From an uncultured Faecalicoccus sp. (GTDB lineage Bacteria; Bacillota_I; Bacilli_A; Erysipelotrichales; Erysipelotrichaceae): a stretch of DNA of 64,000 nucleotides. The notes beneath the pieces were generated by a model. The model did no database searches. It was not told the origin of the DNA and saw only the letters and a list, made by a program, of their open reading frames with translations. Positions 53,773 to 63,334 of this stretch are shown one piece after another. Within the stretch, counting starts at the first letter, position 1; each line of letters opens with the position of its first letter. Where the stretch lies: assembly GCF_944327125.1 (NCBI RefSeq), contig NZ_CALVGO010000001.1, positions 2,827 to 66,826 on the forward strand, written 5' to 3'. Both the position numbers and the translations under genes were made by a program.

Positions 53773-54591
53773 ATGCACACAGTTACTTTGGTCGCCACGG
53801 ATCTTGATGGAACTTTTTTAAACAGTCAGAAACAAGTTTCAGATTTAAACCGCAAGGCAATTTCTTTGTTGAAAAACGAAGGCATTTTATTTGGAATTGC
53901 TTCGGGAAGACCGATTGAAACCGTTCGCGCCATGTTGGATGAATGGCAGATTGCTGACAGTGTCAGCTTTATCATGGGAATGAATGGAGGCGCCATTTAC
54001 GATATTCGTAGACGGACAAAAGAGGAATATCATTTGTTGGATGGCAAGATTGTTTTGGATATTATTCACTTTTATCAGGATATGGATGTGATTTTCTTCG
54101 TATTGGTTGGAGACATTCGCTACACCAACAAATCTACACCGGAAACCCGTGCTCATGCCAAAATGTTTGGTGAAACAGAAATTGAGATCGATTTGGAAAC
54201 GTTCTTAAAAGAAAGGACGGTAAACAAGCTGATCATATACTGCGATCCTGCTTATATGCCTAAAGTGATCGAACGATCAAAATCTTTCCGCCGATTTGAT
54301 TGTGTAGGTTTTACGACCGCTCCCGATCTTTTTGAATATTGTGATCCCGTTATCAACAAAGGCTATGGGATACAGAAACTCTGTAAACATTTTGGAGTAA
54401 ATCTGGAAAACTGCGTGGCTTTTGGTGATGAGGCCAATGATATTCAGATGCTTGAGAAAGTGGGAATGGGCGTCTGTATGAAAAACGGCTGCGATGCGGC
54501 CAAAGCGGTGGCCAATGTTGTGAGTGAATATACAAATGATGAAAGTGCTTTAGGGCATTTTCTCATGGATCATGTTTTAATGACAAAGTAA
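53773..54591 (+). CDS. Cof-type HAD-IIB family hydrolase
   Basis: LVATDLDGTFL motif I and FGDEANDIQML motif IV. Confidence 0.88.
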   Translation: MHTVTLVATDLDGTFLNSQKQVSDLNRKAISLLKNEGILFGIASGRPIETVRAMLDEWQIADSVSFIMGMNGGAIYDIRRRTKEEYHLLDGKIVLDIIHFYQDMDVIFFVLVGDIRYTNKSTPETRAHAKMFGETEIEIDLETFLKERTVNKLIIYCDPAYMPKVIERSKSFRRFDCVGFTTAPDLFEYCDPVINKGYGIQKLCKHFGVNLENCVAFGDEANDIQMLEKVGMGVCMKNGCDAAKAVANVVSEYTNDESALGHFLMDHVLMTK

Positions 54592-54615
54592 GAAGATCTT
54601 AGGATCTTCTTTTTC
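54590..54615 (+). terminator. Rho-independent terminator
   Basis: AGAAGATC-ttag-GATCTTCT hairpin plus TTTT. Confidence 0.65.
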
Positions 54616-54635
54616 CCCTTTAGGAAGGAGATTTT

Positions 54636-55517
54636 ATGAGAATCCATGTTGGAACAAGAAAGTCAAGATTGGCCTTAGCCCAAACGCAGCTGGCTATAGA
54701 GTCTTTAAAAAAGTTTTTGCCAAATTTGGAAACACAAATCGTTTCTATTTCCACAAAGGGAGATCAGGATTTTCAAACTCCTTTGTACCAGATGCCGACG
54801 ACGGGGGTTTTTATCAAGGAAATTGAGCAGGCCTTGATTGACCATACCATCGATCTGGCTGTGCATTCACTGAAAGATGTGAGTTCTATAAGTGACGATC
54901 GGTTGATGTTGTTGCCGTTTACTGTATTCGAAGATAAAAGAGATGCCTTGATCTCAAAAGATCACCAGTCTTTGACGGAACTCAAAAAAGGAGCCCGCAT
55001 TGCGACCAGCAGTATCCGAAGGATGGCTTGTATCCATCAGGTGCGTCCGGATATTGAGTTTGTAAGTATACGGGGAAATATTGATACAAGACTTGAAAAA
55101 TTTAAAAAGATGGATCTGGATGGCATTGTATTGGCCATGGCCGGCTTAAAAAGGCTTTCTAAAGATGATCTTGTGGATGAGATCCTGGATCCTTCGATCC
55201 TTGTCCCGGCTTGCGGACAGGGAACCCTTGCCGTGCAAATTCGTAAGGAAGATAGAGATTTGTATGCCGGTTTGCCAAAGAGAACCATTTCGCAAAGAGA
55301 AGTAGAAATTGAAAGAGAATTTCTTTCTTTGTGCAATACCGGATGCCATGATCCAATCGGATGTATGATCCAGTTTGACAACGATCATATTCTGGCTTAT
55401 GCCTGTCTGGGAACATCTATGGAAGACATTAGTGTGATTCGAGAGGTTCTTCCTATGGAAAAGGAGTCCCAAACAGCCAGCATTCTTTATGAGAGATTAC
55501 AGGAGAAAAAAAGATGA
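54636..55517 (+). CDS. hemC: hydroxymethylbilane synthase (porphobilinogen deaminase)
   Basis: IHVGTRKSRLALAQT start, HSLKD, RGNIDTRL and ACGQGTLAVQ motifs. Confidence 0.9.
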   Translation: MRIHVGTRKSRLALAQTQLAIESLKKFLPNLETQIVSISTKGDQDFQTPLYQMPTTGVFIKEIEQALIDHTIDLAVHSLKDVSSISDDRLMLLPFTVFEDKRDALISKDHQSLTELKKGARIATSSIRRMACIHQVRPDIEFVSIRGNIDTRLEKFKKMDLDGIVLAMAGLKRLSKDDLVDEILDPSILVPACGQGTLAVQIRKEDRDLYAGLPKRTISQREVEIEREFLSLCNTGCHDPIGCMIQFDNDHILAYACLGTSMEDISVIREVLPMEKESQTASILYERLQEKKR

Positions 55518-56905
55518 TTTGGTTTATAGGTGCGGGTTGTTTTCATCCCGATATGCTTACATTAGGGGCAAAGAAAATATTAGAAACTTGTGACTGTATC
55601 TTGTATGATCATCTTGTCAATAAAGAGTTCCTGCAGTATGCCAAAAATGACTGTGAATGCATCTGTGTTGGTAAACGCGGACATCAACATTCTTTTCCTC
55701 AGGAAGACATCTTTAGTTTATTGGTGGAAAAAGACAACGAATACGCACAAGTTGTTCGTTTAAAGGGAGGAGACCCTTTTTTGTTTGCCAGGGGAAGTGA
55801 AGAAATGCGGTATGTGCTGGAACATGGCTGCAACTGTCAATACATTCCCGGCATCAGCAGTGCGATTGGGGCCCTGGGGTTTGCGGGGATTCCTGTAACG
55901 CAGCGCAATACATCGACTGGGTTTGTGGTGCATACGATGCACTTTCAAGATGGCAAGGATCATTTGGATTACGATGCCATTGCCAGAGAGAAGAATACAC
56001 AGATCTTTTTTATGGGGTCGCACAAAATCAAAGAGCTTGCGCAAAATTGTATGGATCACGGGATGCCAAAAGATACACCGATTGCCTTGGGATCGCATTT
56101 GACCTATCCTTCGCAAAAAGTTTTGACATCGACTTTAGAAGAGATCCTACAAGAAGACATCACACCCTATACAGCTCCTTTGTTGATCGTATTGGGAGAA
56201 GTAGCCCGCAATCAAGAATTTTTCGATAATACAAAACGACTTTCTTGTTTTTCCAAAAAGGCACTATTCTGCACGATCGATGAAGAGCGTTTTCCCATAG
56301 AAGATCTCACTTTAAATAAAGGAATCTATACGTACCATCGTCAGGTAGGACACATTGAATATACATCTAGCCACGATCTTTTACTGGATGACCACGATAT
56401 TTTGATTTTCAGTTCAAAACATGCTGTGACTGGTTTTTTTCAGTATCTGAACAGGAAACAAATTGATATTCGTTCGCTTTCTGATAAAAAGATCTTTTGC
56501 ATTGGAAAGAAAACCGAGGATGCTCTTTGTCAAAGAGGATTGATCGTTGATCATATGGAAGATCATCGAAATGCGATGTTTGCGTCTATCGATTCAAAAA
56601 GCCGGTGTCTTTATATCAAAGAAGAGAGTGTATCCTGCCCGCTTCCTTCTTTTAGCTGTTACAGGATCGTTGCCAATGATTTTTCTTTGCCGGAAGAATC
56701 AATGGATGCTCTATGTGTTACCAGTCCTAAAACTTTGGAGATTCTTTGTGCCCATGGCATCGATCGGAAGATCGATCTCTTTTGTTTCGATCATCGCTCC
56801 AAAGAGAAAGCCATAGATCTGGGTTTTCAAAACATTCATCCTTGTCCTTCCTCCAAAGAAGCCCTGATAGCGCGGATGGTCGAATTTTTTGAGGAGTCAT
56901 TATGA
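55514..56905 (+). CDS. cobA: bifunctional uroporphyrinogen-III C-methyltransferase / uroporphyrinogen-III synthase (CobA-HemD fusion)
   Basis: N-terminal SUMT motifs (IGAGCFHPDMLTLGA, VVRLKGGDPFLFARG, PGISSAIGA). The C-terminal half of about 220 aa has HemD-like size and placement. Confidence 0.8.
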   Translation: MIWFIGAGCFHPDMLTLGAKKILETCDCILYDHLVNKEFLQYAKNDCECICVGKRGHQHSFPQEDIFSLLVEKDNEYAQVVRLKGGDPFLFARGSEEMRYVLEHGCNCQYIPGISSAIGALGFAGIPVTQRNTSTGFVVHTMHFQDGKDHLDYDAIAREKNTQIFFMGSHKIKELAQNCMDHGMPKDTPIALGSHLTYPSQKVLTSTLEEILQEDITPYTAPLLIVLGEVARNQEFFDNTKRLSCFSKKALFCTIDEERFPIEDLTLNKGIYTYHRQVGHIEYTSSHDLLLDDHDILIFSSKHAVTGFFQYLNRKQIDIRSLSDKKIFCIGKKTEDALCQRGLIVDHMEDHRNAMFASIDSKSRCLYIKEESVSCPLPSFSCYRIVANDFSLPEESMDALCVTSPKTLEILCAHGIDRKIDLFCFDHRSKEKAIDLGFQNIHPCPSSKEALIARMVEFFEESL

Positions 56906-57921
56906 GAGTTTGTCTGGATATTGAAATGCAGGATCATATCGTCTGTATCTTGGGAGGCGGTCAGGTCGCTTTACGCAAAGCTAAAAAGTTTTTATCCGCT
57001 GGTGCTAAAGTGTATCTGTGCAGTTTGAAATATTTACCAGAATGGAAGGATTTGAACGTTACGATCTTGACCTATTCGGAATTGATGAAGCTTCTGCCCA
57101 ATGCCACTTTGGCCATTGCCTGCACAGACGATGTTTTCGCAAACAAGATGTTTATTCAAGAGGCGAAAAAACACAGTGTTTTGACTATGTCTTGCCATTT
57201 AGAGCAAGACCAGGATACCTATGCCATGGTTGAATCAAGAAATGAGGATCTTGTCCTGGCCTGTCATACAAAGGGTGCTTTTCCAGCGGCCAACAGGGCG
57301 ATACTTAACGATTGGAATACCTCCTTACAACTATTAAAAGCGATTCGAGAACGTTTAAAAAACCGCCAGCTCAGTCCTGTCCTTTTAAAGCTGAATCGGG
57401 AACATCTTCAATTTCTTTATGAATGCATCGATTTGCCAGGCCTTGTGTATCTGCTTCATGGAGGCAGTTCTTTTCGGGCCAGGCTTCAGTGCTGTATTTT
57501 ACAGGAGAAAGCCAAAAAGAACTTTTCAAACTATGCGATAGGTACGTTTTTCTTATCCAAACGTCATCAGGATGTAAGTTTGGAAGAATTCTGTGAACTT
57601 CTGCAGGACTTGCAGTGTAAAGTGCATTTTGTCTTTCTGTTTTGGGAATGGGGAAATTATGTCAAAAAGGGAAAAGAGGTCCTGAACTCCTATTCTTTTT
57701 CGAGTCAGGTCCTTCATTTTGATCCTTCCTGTTATGTCAAAACAAACGAGAACCTGATCATGCATACGAACAAGAAAGCGAGTACGAAAAACAGCGTTGT
57801 GGTCAGTATGCTGGATTCTTCATTTTTAAGGAAACAATATCCGGACTCTCGATTTGTTTCCTGCCTGGAAGATGAAAAGACCTTGGAAAGGATCGTTTAT
57901 GAAACCCATCCAGCTTTTTAG
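56902..57921 (+). CDS. precorrin-2 dehydrogenase (SirC / CysG-N-like) with an extra C-terminal domain of about 165 aa
   Basis: N-terminal Rossmann motif VCILGGGQVALRKAKKFLSAGAKV. The C-terminal part (LVYLLHGGSS...VHFVFLFWEWGNY) has a CbiX/SirB-like pattern. Confidence 0.7.
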   Translation: MRVCLDIEMQDHIVCILGGGQVALRKAKKFLSAGAKVYLCSLKYLPEWKDLNVTILTYSELMKLLPNATLAIACTDDVFANKMFIQEAKKHSVLTMSCHLEQDQDTYAMVESRNEDLVLACHTKGAFPAANRAILNDWNTSLQLLKAIRERLKNRQLSPVLLKLNREHLQFLYECIDLPGLVYLLHGGSSFRARLQCCILQEKAKKNFSNYAIGTFFLSKRHQDVSLEEFCELLQDLQCKVHFVFLFWEWGNYVKKGKEVLNSYSFSSQVLHFDPSCYVKTNENLIMHTNKKASTKNSVVVSMLDSSFLRKQYPDSRFVSCLEDEKTLERIVYETHPAF

Positions 57922-58447
57922 CCGAAGTGCTCTTTTTCTGACGCTGATGATCATATCGGCGTATATTCAGATTACTTTGCCCACTCCATATTATCCAATG
58001 CATATCACCTTGCAGCTCTTTGTATGCATTGTCTGCGGGTTCTGTCTTCCTGTCCATTATGCGATCTTGAGCATGGGCGTTTATATATTGATGGGGCTGA
58101 TTGGATTTCCTGTTTTTGCCAGTGGCGGCGGAATTTCCTATATCATGCGCCCTACTTTTGGATTTATTTTAGGTTTCTTTTGCTGCTCCATTTCTTGTTC
58201 GGCTTTGAAACAAAGAAAAAGACCCACATGCCTTTTGGATTATTTCAAAATAGGCGTTGTCGGTCTGTTTCTATACTACTTGATTGGGAATCTCTATTAC
58301 TATTTTTCTTTCCCTGTTTTAATGGAAACGCATATCCCTCTCTGGTTTTCTTTGTTCAATGGCGTTCTGGTATCCATTGTACCGGATTTTCTCCTTATGG
58401 CGATCGCATGCCGGACGTCCAAATCTTTACAGATATTTTTCCAGTAA
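57899..58447 (+). CDS. bioY: BioY-family transporter S-component
   Basis: ITLQLFVCIVCGFCL ... GFPVFASGGGISYIMRPTFGFILGF matches the BioY core. The start at 57899 overlaps the previous gene by 23 nt. Confidence 0.7.
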   Translation: MKPIQLFSRSALFLTLMIISAYIQITLPTPYYPMHITLQLFVCIVCGFCLPVHYAILSMGVYILMGLIGFPVFASGGGISYIMRPTFGFILGFFCCSISCSALKQRKRPTCLLDYFKIGVVGLFLYYLIGNLYYYFSFPVLMETHIPLWFSLFNGVLVSIVPDFLLMAIACRTSKSLQIFFQ

Positions 58448-59962
58448 CGCCTGCCATTGGTCGGCGTTTTCTTTTTGCCAGAGATCGAAGGTCTGGTGTG
58501 CCCGGGTGACTTTTTGTCCCAATTCGATAAAGAAAGCATTGATGTCATCTTGTAAGATCAGTCCAACTTCTTTTCCAAACTGGGTCGCATCCATAGAGGC
58601 CTGTCCTTGTACGGTCATCTTGAAAGCCGGATAAGGTTTTTTATCTACCAGTTTTGTGAACCCCTGAAGGCCAATGGCTCCGATCTGGTTGGCTCCGCAG
58701 GAACTTGGGCAGCCGGAAATATAGATCTTAGGAAGGACTCCTTCTTCAAAATCATACGGACGAAGTGCTTCAATCAGGGCTTTTAAGACATTGTTGGAGT
58801 CGCGAAGACCAATTTGACAGGTTGCGGCGCCAATACAGCTGACGCTGGCTTCAAACTGGGTGCGGGCTCCATCGTCTGTATGGCTAAGAACTTCTCTGGC
58901 TTCCTTTTCGGTCAAGTTTACGATATACAGATCTTCCTGCGGACTCAAACGAATCTCTACATCTTCCATATTCTCGATCACGTCCCAAAGTTCTTTCCAC
59001 TTGGCTGTTGTCATATTTCCACACAAAGGATGATAATACACTGCATACAATCCTTTTTGTTTCTGGGCAATTACCCGTTTAGGCAGATCGTTCCAAAGAG
59101 GTCCTGTTTTTGAGATTGGATTTGAGACAGGGGAAACATCATGATCCAGATTTTTCATGGCACGTTCCACTTTTTCTTTGAATTCCTTCTGGATTCCGTC
59201 GATTCCCAGTGTTTCTTGTAAATAGCGTGTTCTGGCTTTGGCACGGTTGGTATAATTTCCGTGTTCCATAAAAAGGAGAACCATAGTATTCACGTAATAT
59301 AAGATGTCTTTGGGGTTGATATGATCTCCAACCTTGACCCCCATCCTTGGATTGTTTCCCAATCCTCCGCAACAATACACATCAAAGGTATGATCTTCAT
59401 TGGCAATAAAGCCCAAGTCTCTGAAATTGGCATGAGTCTCATTGGCTTTAGAGTTGGAAAAGGCTACTTTCAGCTTTCGTGGAAGAGAATATTTGTTGAT
59501 AATGCTCAATAAATATTCGCCGGCTTGTTTGGCGTAGGGGTAAACATCGAAAGGCTCCTCGGGATCAATGCCGGATAAGGGAGAGCACATGACATTCCGT
59601 GGGAAATCGCCTCCGCCTCCGCGTGTAATGATTCCTTTTTCTAAAGCTTCTTTCATGATTGGTGTCAAAGCCTCCGGTTTCACATCGTGCAGCTGGACGG
59701 TTTGACAAGTTGTACAGTGGGTGCGCTCAATGTCGTATTTTTCACATTGTTCGACAAGAAATTTTAGTTTTTCTTTTGTGATGCGTCCCTGATTCATTCT
59801 CAATCGCAGCATAAAGGTACTGCCGCCGCGCTGGGCATAGGAACCAAAGCCACCGCTGTATCCCTTGTAGTCTTTGATTGATATCTCTTTTTGATAGAAT
59901 AATTGTGTCTTTCTTTCAAATTCAGGTAATTCTTTTAAAAGTTCTTCACGTAGCTGATCCAT
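58427..59962 (-). CDS. siroheme/[4Fe-4S]-type sulfite (or nitrite) reductase, monomeric ferredoxin-dependent-like
   Basis: Cys-X5-Cys (SCIGAATC) and Cys-X3-Cys (GCPSSC) siroheme-cluster ligands, with duplicated NIR/SIR half-domains. The start at 59962 is 7 nt after GGAGG. Confidence 0.8.
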   Translation of the reverse strand: MDQLREELLKELPEFERKTQLFYQKEISIKDYKGYSGGFGSYAQRGGSTFMLRLRMNQGRITKEKLKFLVEQCEKYDIERTHCTTCQTVQLHDVKPEALTPIMKEALEKGIITRGGGGDFPRNVMCSPLSGIDPEEPFDVYPYAKQAGEYLLSIINKYSLPRKLKVAFSNSKANETHANFRDLGFIANEDHTFDVYCCGGLGNNPRMGVKVGDHINPKDILYYVNTMVLLFMEHGNYTNRAKARTRYLQETLGIDGIQKEFKEKVERAMKNLDHDVSPVSNPISKTGPLWNDLPKRVIAQKQKGLYAVYYHPLCGNMTTAKWKELWDVIENMEDVEIRLSPQEDLYIVNLTEKEAREVLSHTDDGARTQFEASVSCIGAATCQIGLRDSNNVLKALIEALRPYDFEEGVLPKIYISGCPSSCGANQIGAIGLQGFTKLVDKKPYPAFKMTVQGQASMDATQFGKEVGLILQDDINAFFIELGQKVTRAHQTFDLWQKENADQWQALLEKYL

Positions 59963-60066
59963 TGTAGTTCCTCCATGTATCCCTATTATATAAGATTTCA
60001 TTTAATAATCATAATGATATTTGATATAATCTAAAACTGTAGATAGTATATGAAAGAAGGGAAGAC

Positions 60067-61428
60067 ATGGAGAATATTTTAGGCATAGAGAAGCCTTCAA
60101 AATTATTACGGAGTTTTGCGATTCCCAGTATTATTTCCATGCTGGTGAGTTCTCTTTATAATATCGTCGATCAAATTTTTATCGGCCAGGGTGTAGGCTA
60201 TCTGGGGAATGCAGCCACCAACGTAGCCTATCCTTTGACCACGATTACTTTGGCAATCTCTTTATTGATTGGGATCGGTTCAGCGTCCCGTTATTCTCTG
60301 TATTTGGGGGCCGGTCAAAAAGAAAAAGCACGCAGCGTGATTGGGAATGGTGTTGTGGCGATGTTGATTGCCAGTTTGATTTACGTGGTCCTCGTTTTCC
60401 TTTTTCTGGAACCGTTGATGCACGCCTTTGGGGCAACGGATCAGATTCTACCGTATGCTCTGGAATATACTTCCATTACGACTTTTGGTGCCCCCTTTTT
60501 AATTGGAACCAATGTATTGAGCAATATGATTCGCGCGGATGGAAGTCCGAAATATTCGATGTTCTGTGTGCTGATCGGCGCTTTGGTGAATACGGTTCTT
60601 GATCCTATTTTTATCTTTCCTTTCCATATGGGAGTGGCCGGTGCTGCCTGGGCCACGGTATTGGGACAGGTGATTTCCTTTGTTGTGGGCGCGTTCTACC
60701 TTAAACATTTTAAACAAGTGGACATGCAACTGAAAGATTTTCGTTTTTCTTTCTCTCAGACGCTTCAGACTGCCGGGATCGGCATCAGCGCCTGCATTAA
60801 TCAGTGTTCGATTCTTTTTGTCCAGGTCATTTTAAACAACTCTCTGGTGTACTACGGACAGTTTACTGAATTTGGTCAGGAAATCCCATTGGCGGCCTGC
60901 GGTATCGTCATGAAAGTCAATGCGATCTTACTGGCAGTGATCATTGGAATCTCACAGGGGACACAGCCGATTGTCGGTTACAATTACGGAGCAAAAAAAT
61001 ATCAGCGTGTCAAACAGACTTTCCGCCTGTCTTTGGGTTGTGCTTTAGGTGTTTCCATGGTGGGGTGGCTTTGTTTTCAAATATTTACCCAACCCATCTT
61101 ATCGTTGTTTGGAACTGGAAATCCCTTGTATTTTGATTTTGCCACACGGTTTATGAAGGTGTTTCTTCTTATGGCCTGTGTAATTGGTGTTCAGGTTGTA
61201 TCTTCCGGATATTTTTCGGCTGTAGGAAAGCCTTTGAAAGGGATGGTCCTTTCTTTGACCCGCCAGGTTTTGTTCTTTATTCCTCTGGTGTTGATCCTGC
61301 CGAAATTCCTTGGCCTGGATGGAATTATGATCAGTGCACCCATTGCCGATTCGGTGGCTTTTATCGTATCAGGAGTCTTTGTGATGAAAGAATGGAAACA
61401 TCTTAAATATCTTCAGGAAACTTCGTGA
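60067..61428 (+). CDS. MATE-family efflux transporter
   Basis: 453 aa with 12 TM helices. N-terminal LLRSFAIPSIISMLVSSLYNIVDQIFIGQGVG is typical of MATE. Confidence 0.88.
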   Translation: MENILGIEKPSKLLRSFAIPSIISMLVSSLYNIVDQIFIGQGVGYLGNAATNVAYPLTTITLAISLLIGIGSASRYSLYLGAGQKEKARSVIGNGVVAMLIASLIYVVLVFLFLEPLMHAFGATDQILPYALEYTSITTFGAPFLIGTNVLSNMIRADGSPKYSMFCVLIGALVNTVLDPIFIFPFHMGVAGAAWATVLGQVISFVVGAFYLKHFKQVDMQLKDFRFSFSQTLQTAGIGISACINQCSILFVQVILNNSLVYYGQFTEFGQEIPLAACGIVMKVNAILLAVIIGISQGTQPIVGYNYGAKKYQRVKQTFRLSLGCALGVSMVGWLCFQIFTQPILSLFGTGNPLYFDFATRFMKVFLLMACVIGVQVVSSGYFSAVGKPLKGMVLSLTRQVLFFIPLVLILPKFLGLDGIMISAPIADSVAFIVSGVFVMKEWKHLKYLQETS

Positions 61429-61447
61429 TCGTTGTTTCCTTTTTTTG
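61414..61447 (+). terminator. Rho-independent terminator overlapping the MATE stop codon
   Basis: CAGGAAAC-ttcgtgatcgtt-GTTTCCT hairpin plus a run of 6 T. Confidence 0.65.
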
Positions 61448-61476
61448 TGTTAAAATTTTTCTGAGAGGTTATAAGT

Positions 61477-63249
61477 ATGAAATGGAATAAATGGATTGTT
61501 TTTTTGGTAAGTGTTTGTCTGTTGTGCACAGGCTGTTCTTATTCTTCAACACAGGTTACGGTTCCAAAAGAAGAAAAAATACAGCTGACCAAAACACAAA
61601 AAGAATTTGATGATTTTCTTGAGGAGCAGATGATAGAAACCCTGACTGCGGATTACTATACGCTCCATTCGTATGTCGAAGATCCAGAAGCCTTGGGAAT
61701 TGATGAATCTACGGTCGAAAAAACATTTGGCCGCATGGATGAAGCCTCCATGGAGGATAACAGGCTAGAGATTCAGGAGACGTTGGATGAATTACAAACG
61801 TTTGACAAAGAAGATCTGACATCTTCTCAACAAGATACTTATGATGCGTTTTTATTTAATATGGAAGTTTCCCAGAAATTAAGCGATCCTAAGTTTGATT
61901 ATCTTTCCAGTGAGTTCAGTCCGACCAATGGGATCCATGTTTCTTTTCCGATGATTTTTTCGGATTGGGAGCTATATTCTCAGAAAGATGTAGAAAATTT
62001 GATTCTAATGATCGAGGATGTAGATGATTATACGCAAAGTGCCATCGACTACACATGGAAACAAAATGAGATGGGGACAATGTGCATTGATTTTGATTCG
62101 GTGATTTCTTATTGCCAGCAGATCCTGGAACAAGGCAATGAAAGTTCTTCGCTGAACACTTTGATCAAGAGAGTAAAAGAACTATCATTAGATACAAACC
62201 TGGAAAAAGAATATATATCCAGGATCCAAAAGGCATTTAATGATTCGTATCTTCGCTCCTATCAGATGATCCTGGAAGCAATGACAGAGTTGGAGGAAAA
62301 AGGAGAGAATCATCCCACTGGACTGGCCAATTTGCCAAACGGCAAAGAATATTACACGTATCTTATGCAGTCCAATACGGGACGAATCCAATCGGTGGAA
62401 GATGTGGAAGAAAAAATGAATGAAGCGTATCAAGATCATATCTTTTCATTCTACAATAACTATGAGGAAACGATGGATCTTTTCGATATGAAGACATCGT
62501 ATACCAGTTATGAAGAAATTCTGGAAGATGTCAAGGAACAGATGTTTGAAGATTTTCCTACCATTTCCAGTCTGGATTATGAGATTCGGGACATGGAAGA
62601 AGACATCGCCACCGACAATGGCATGGCCGCTTATTATCAGATTCCTACCTTGGATGGAAACCAGAAAGGACAGCTGCGTGTCAATCCCCACAACAATGAT
62701 ATTTCCAGTGTGGATACATTTATGACGGTCTGCCATGAAGGAATGCCGGGGCATATGTATCAGTATAACTACCTGCATGAAGCCACATCACAAAAAATTC
62801 GATGGTCTTTATTACGTTCGATTGCCTATCAGGAAGGCTACGCTACCTATGCGGAACATTACAGCCTGAAATATTTAAAGGATATTCCGCAGAAAACGTT
62901 GAAAGCTTATAGTTCCTACTCAATGTTTCTATACGATGCCCTGATCTTGGCAGATATCGGTATCCATTATTATGGTTGGGATATTGATACATGCAATGAG
63001 AATCTGGAAATGTATGGAATCAATCTGATTCAGGAACAATACGATCAGCTTTTGTATGATGCTTGTATCTTTGAGCCTTACTATGTAGGCGCCTACGAGT
63101 TCTTTACCCTTCAAAAGAAAGCGCAGGAAAAGCTTGGACATTCTTATGATGACCGTGAATTTCATCAGGCCATTCTGTCGGCAGGATCCCTGCCTTTTGA
63201 AATCGTGGAGAGGCATGTAGAGGATTATATTTCGGCACAAAAGAAATAA
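61477..63249 (+). CDS. DUF885-family lipoprotein (metallopeptidase-like)
   Basis: Signal peptide with lipobox LLCTGC; HEGMPGHMYQ motif characteristic of DUF885. Confidence 0.8.
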   Translation: MKWNKWIVFLVSVCLLCTGCSYSSTQVTVPKEEKIQLTKTQKEFDDFLEEQMIETLTADYYTLHSYVEDPEALGIDESTVEKTFGRMDEASMEDNRLEIQETLDELQTFDKEDLTSSQQDTYDAFLFNMEVSQKLSDPKFDYLSSEFSPTNGIHVSFPMIFSDWELYSQKDVENLILMIEDVDDYTQSAIDYTWKQNEMGTMCIDFDSVISYCQQILEQGNESSSLNTLIKRVKELSLDTNLEKEYISRIQKAFNDSYLRSYQMILEAMTELEEKGENHPTGLANLPNGKEYYTYLMQSNTGRIQSVEDVEEKMNEAYQDHIFSFYNNYEETMDLFDMKTSYTSYEEILEDVKEQMFEDFPTISSLDYEIRDMEEDIATDNGMAAYYQIPTLDGNQKGQLRVNPHNNDISSVDTFMTVCHEGMPGHMYQYNYLHEATSQKIRWSLLRSIAYQEGYATYAEHYSLKYLKDIPQKTLKAYSSYSMFLYDALILADIGIHYYGWDIDTCNENLEMYGINLIQEQYDQLLYDACIFEPYYVGAYEFFTLQKKAQEKLGHSYDDREFHQAILSAGSLPFEIVERHVEDYISAQKK

Positions 63250-63334
63250 AGTTGAATTTGTGGAAAATGCAAGAGGCTCCGTTGATTCTTGCTATCACTT
63301 ATGATAAACTTTAACTGTTTCGCCAGGAGGTACG

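Noticed and set aside
58024-58509. 161-aa plus-strand ORF in an alternative frame
   Set aside because: It overlaps the BioY-like frame, which has clear family motifs. The alternative frame has none.
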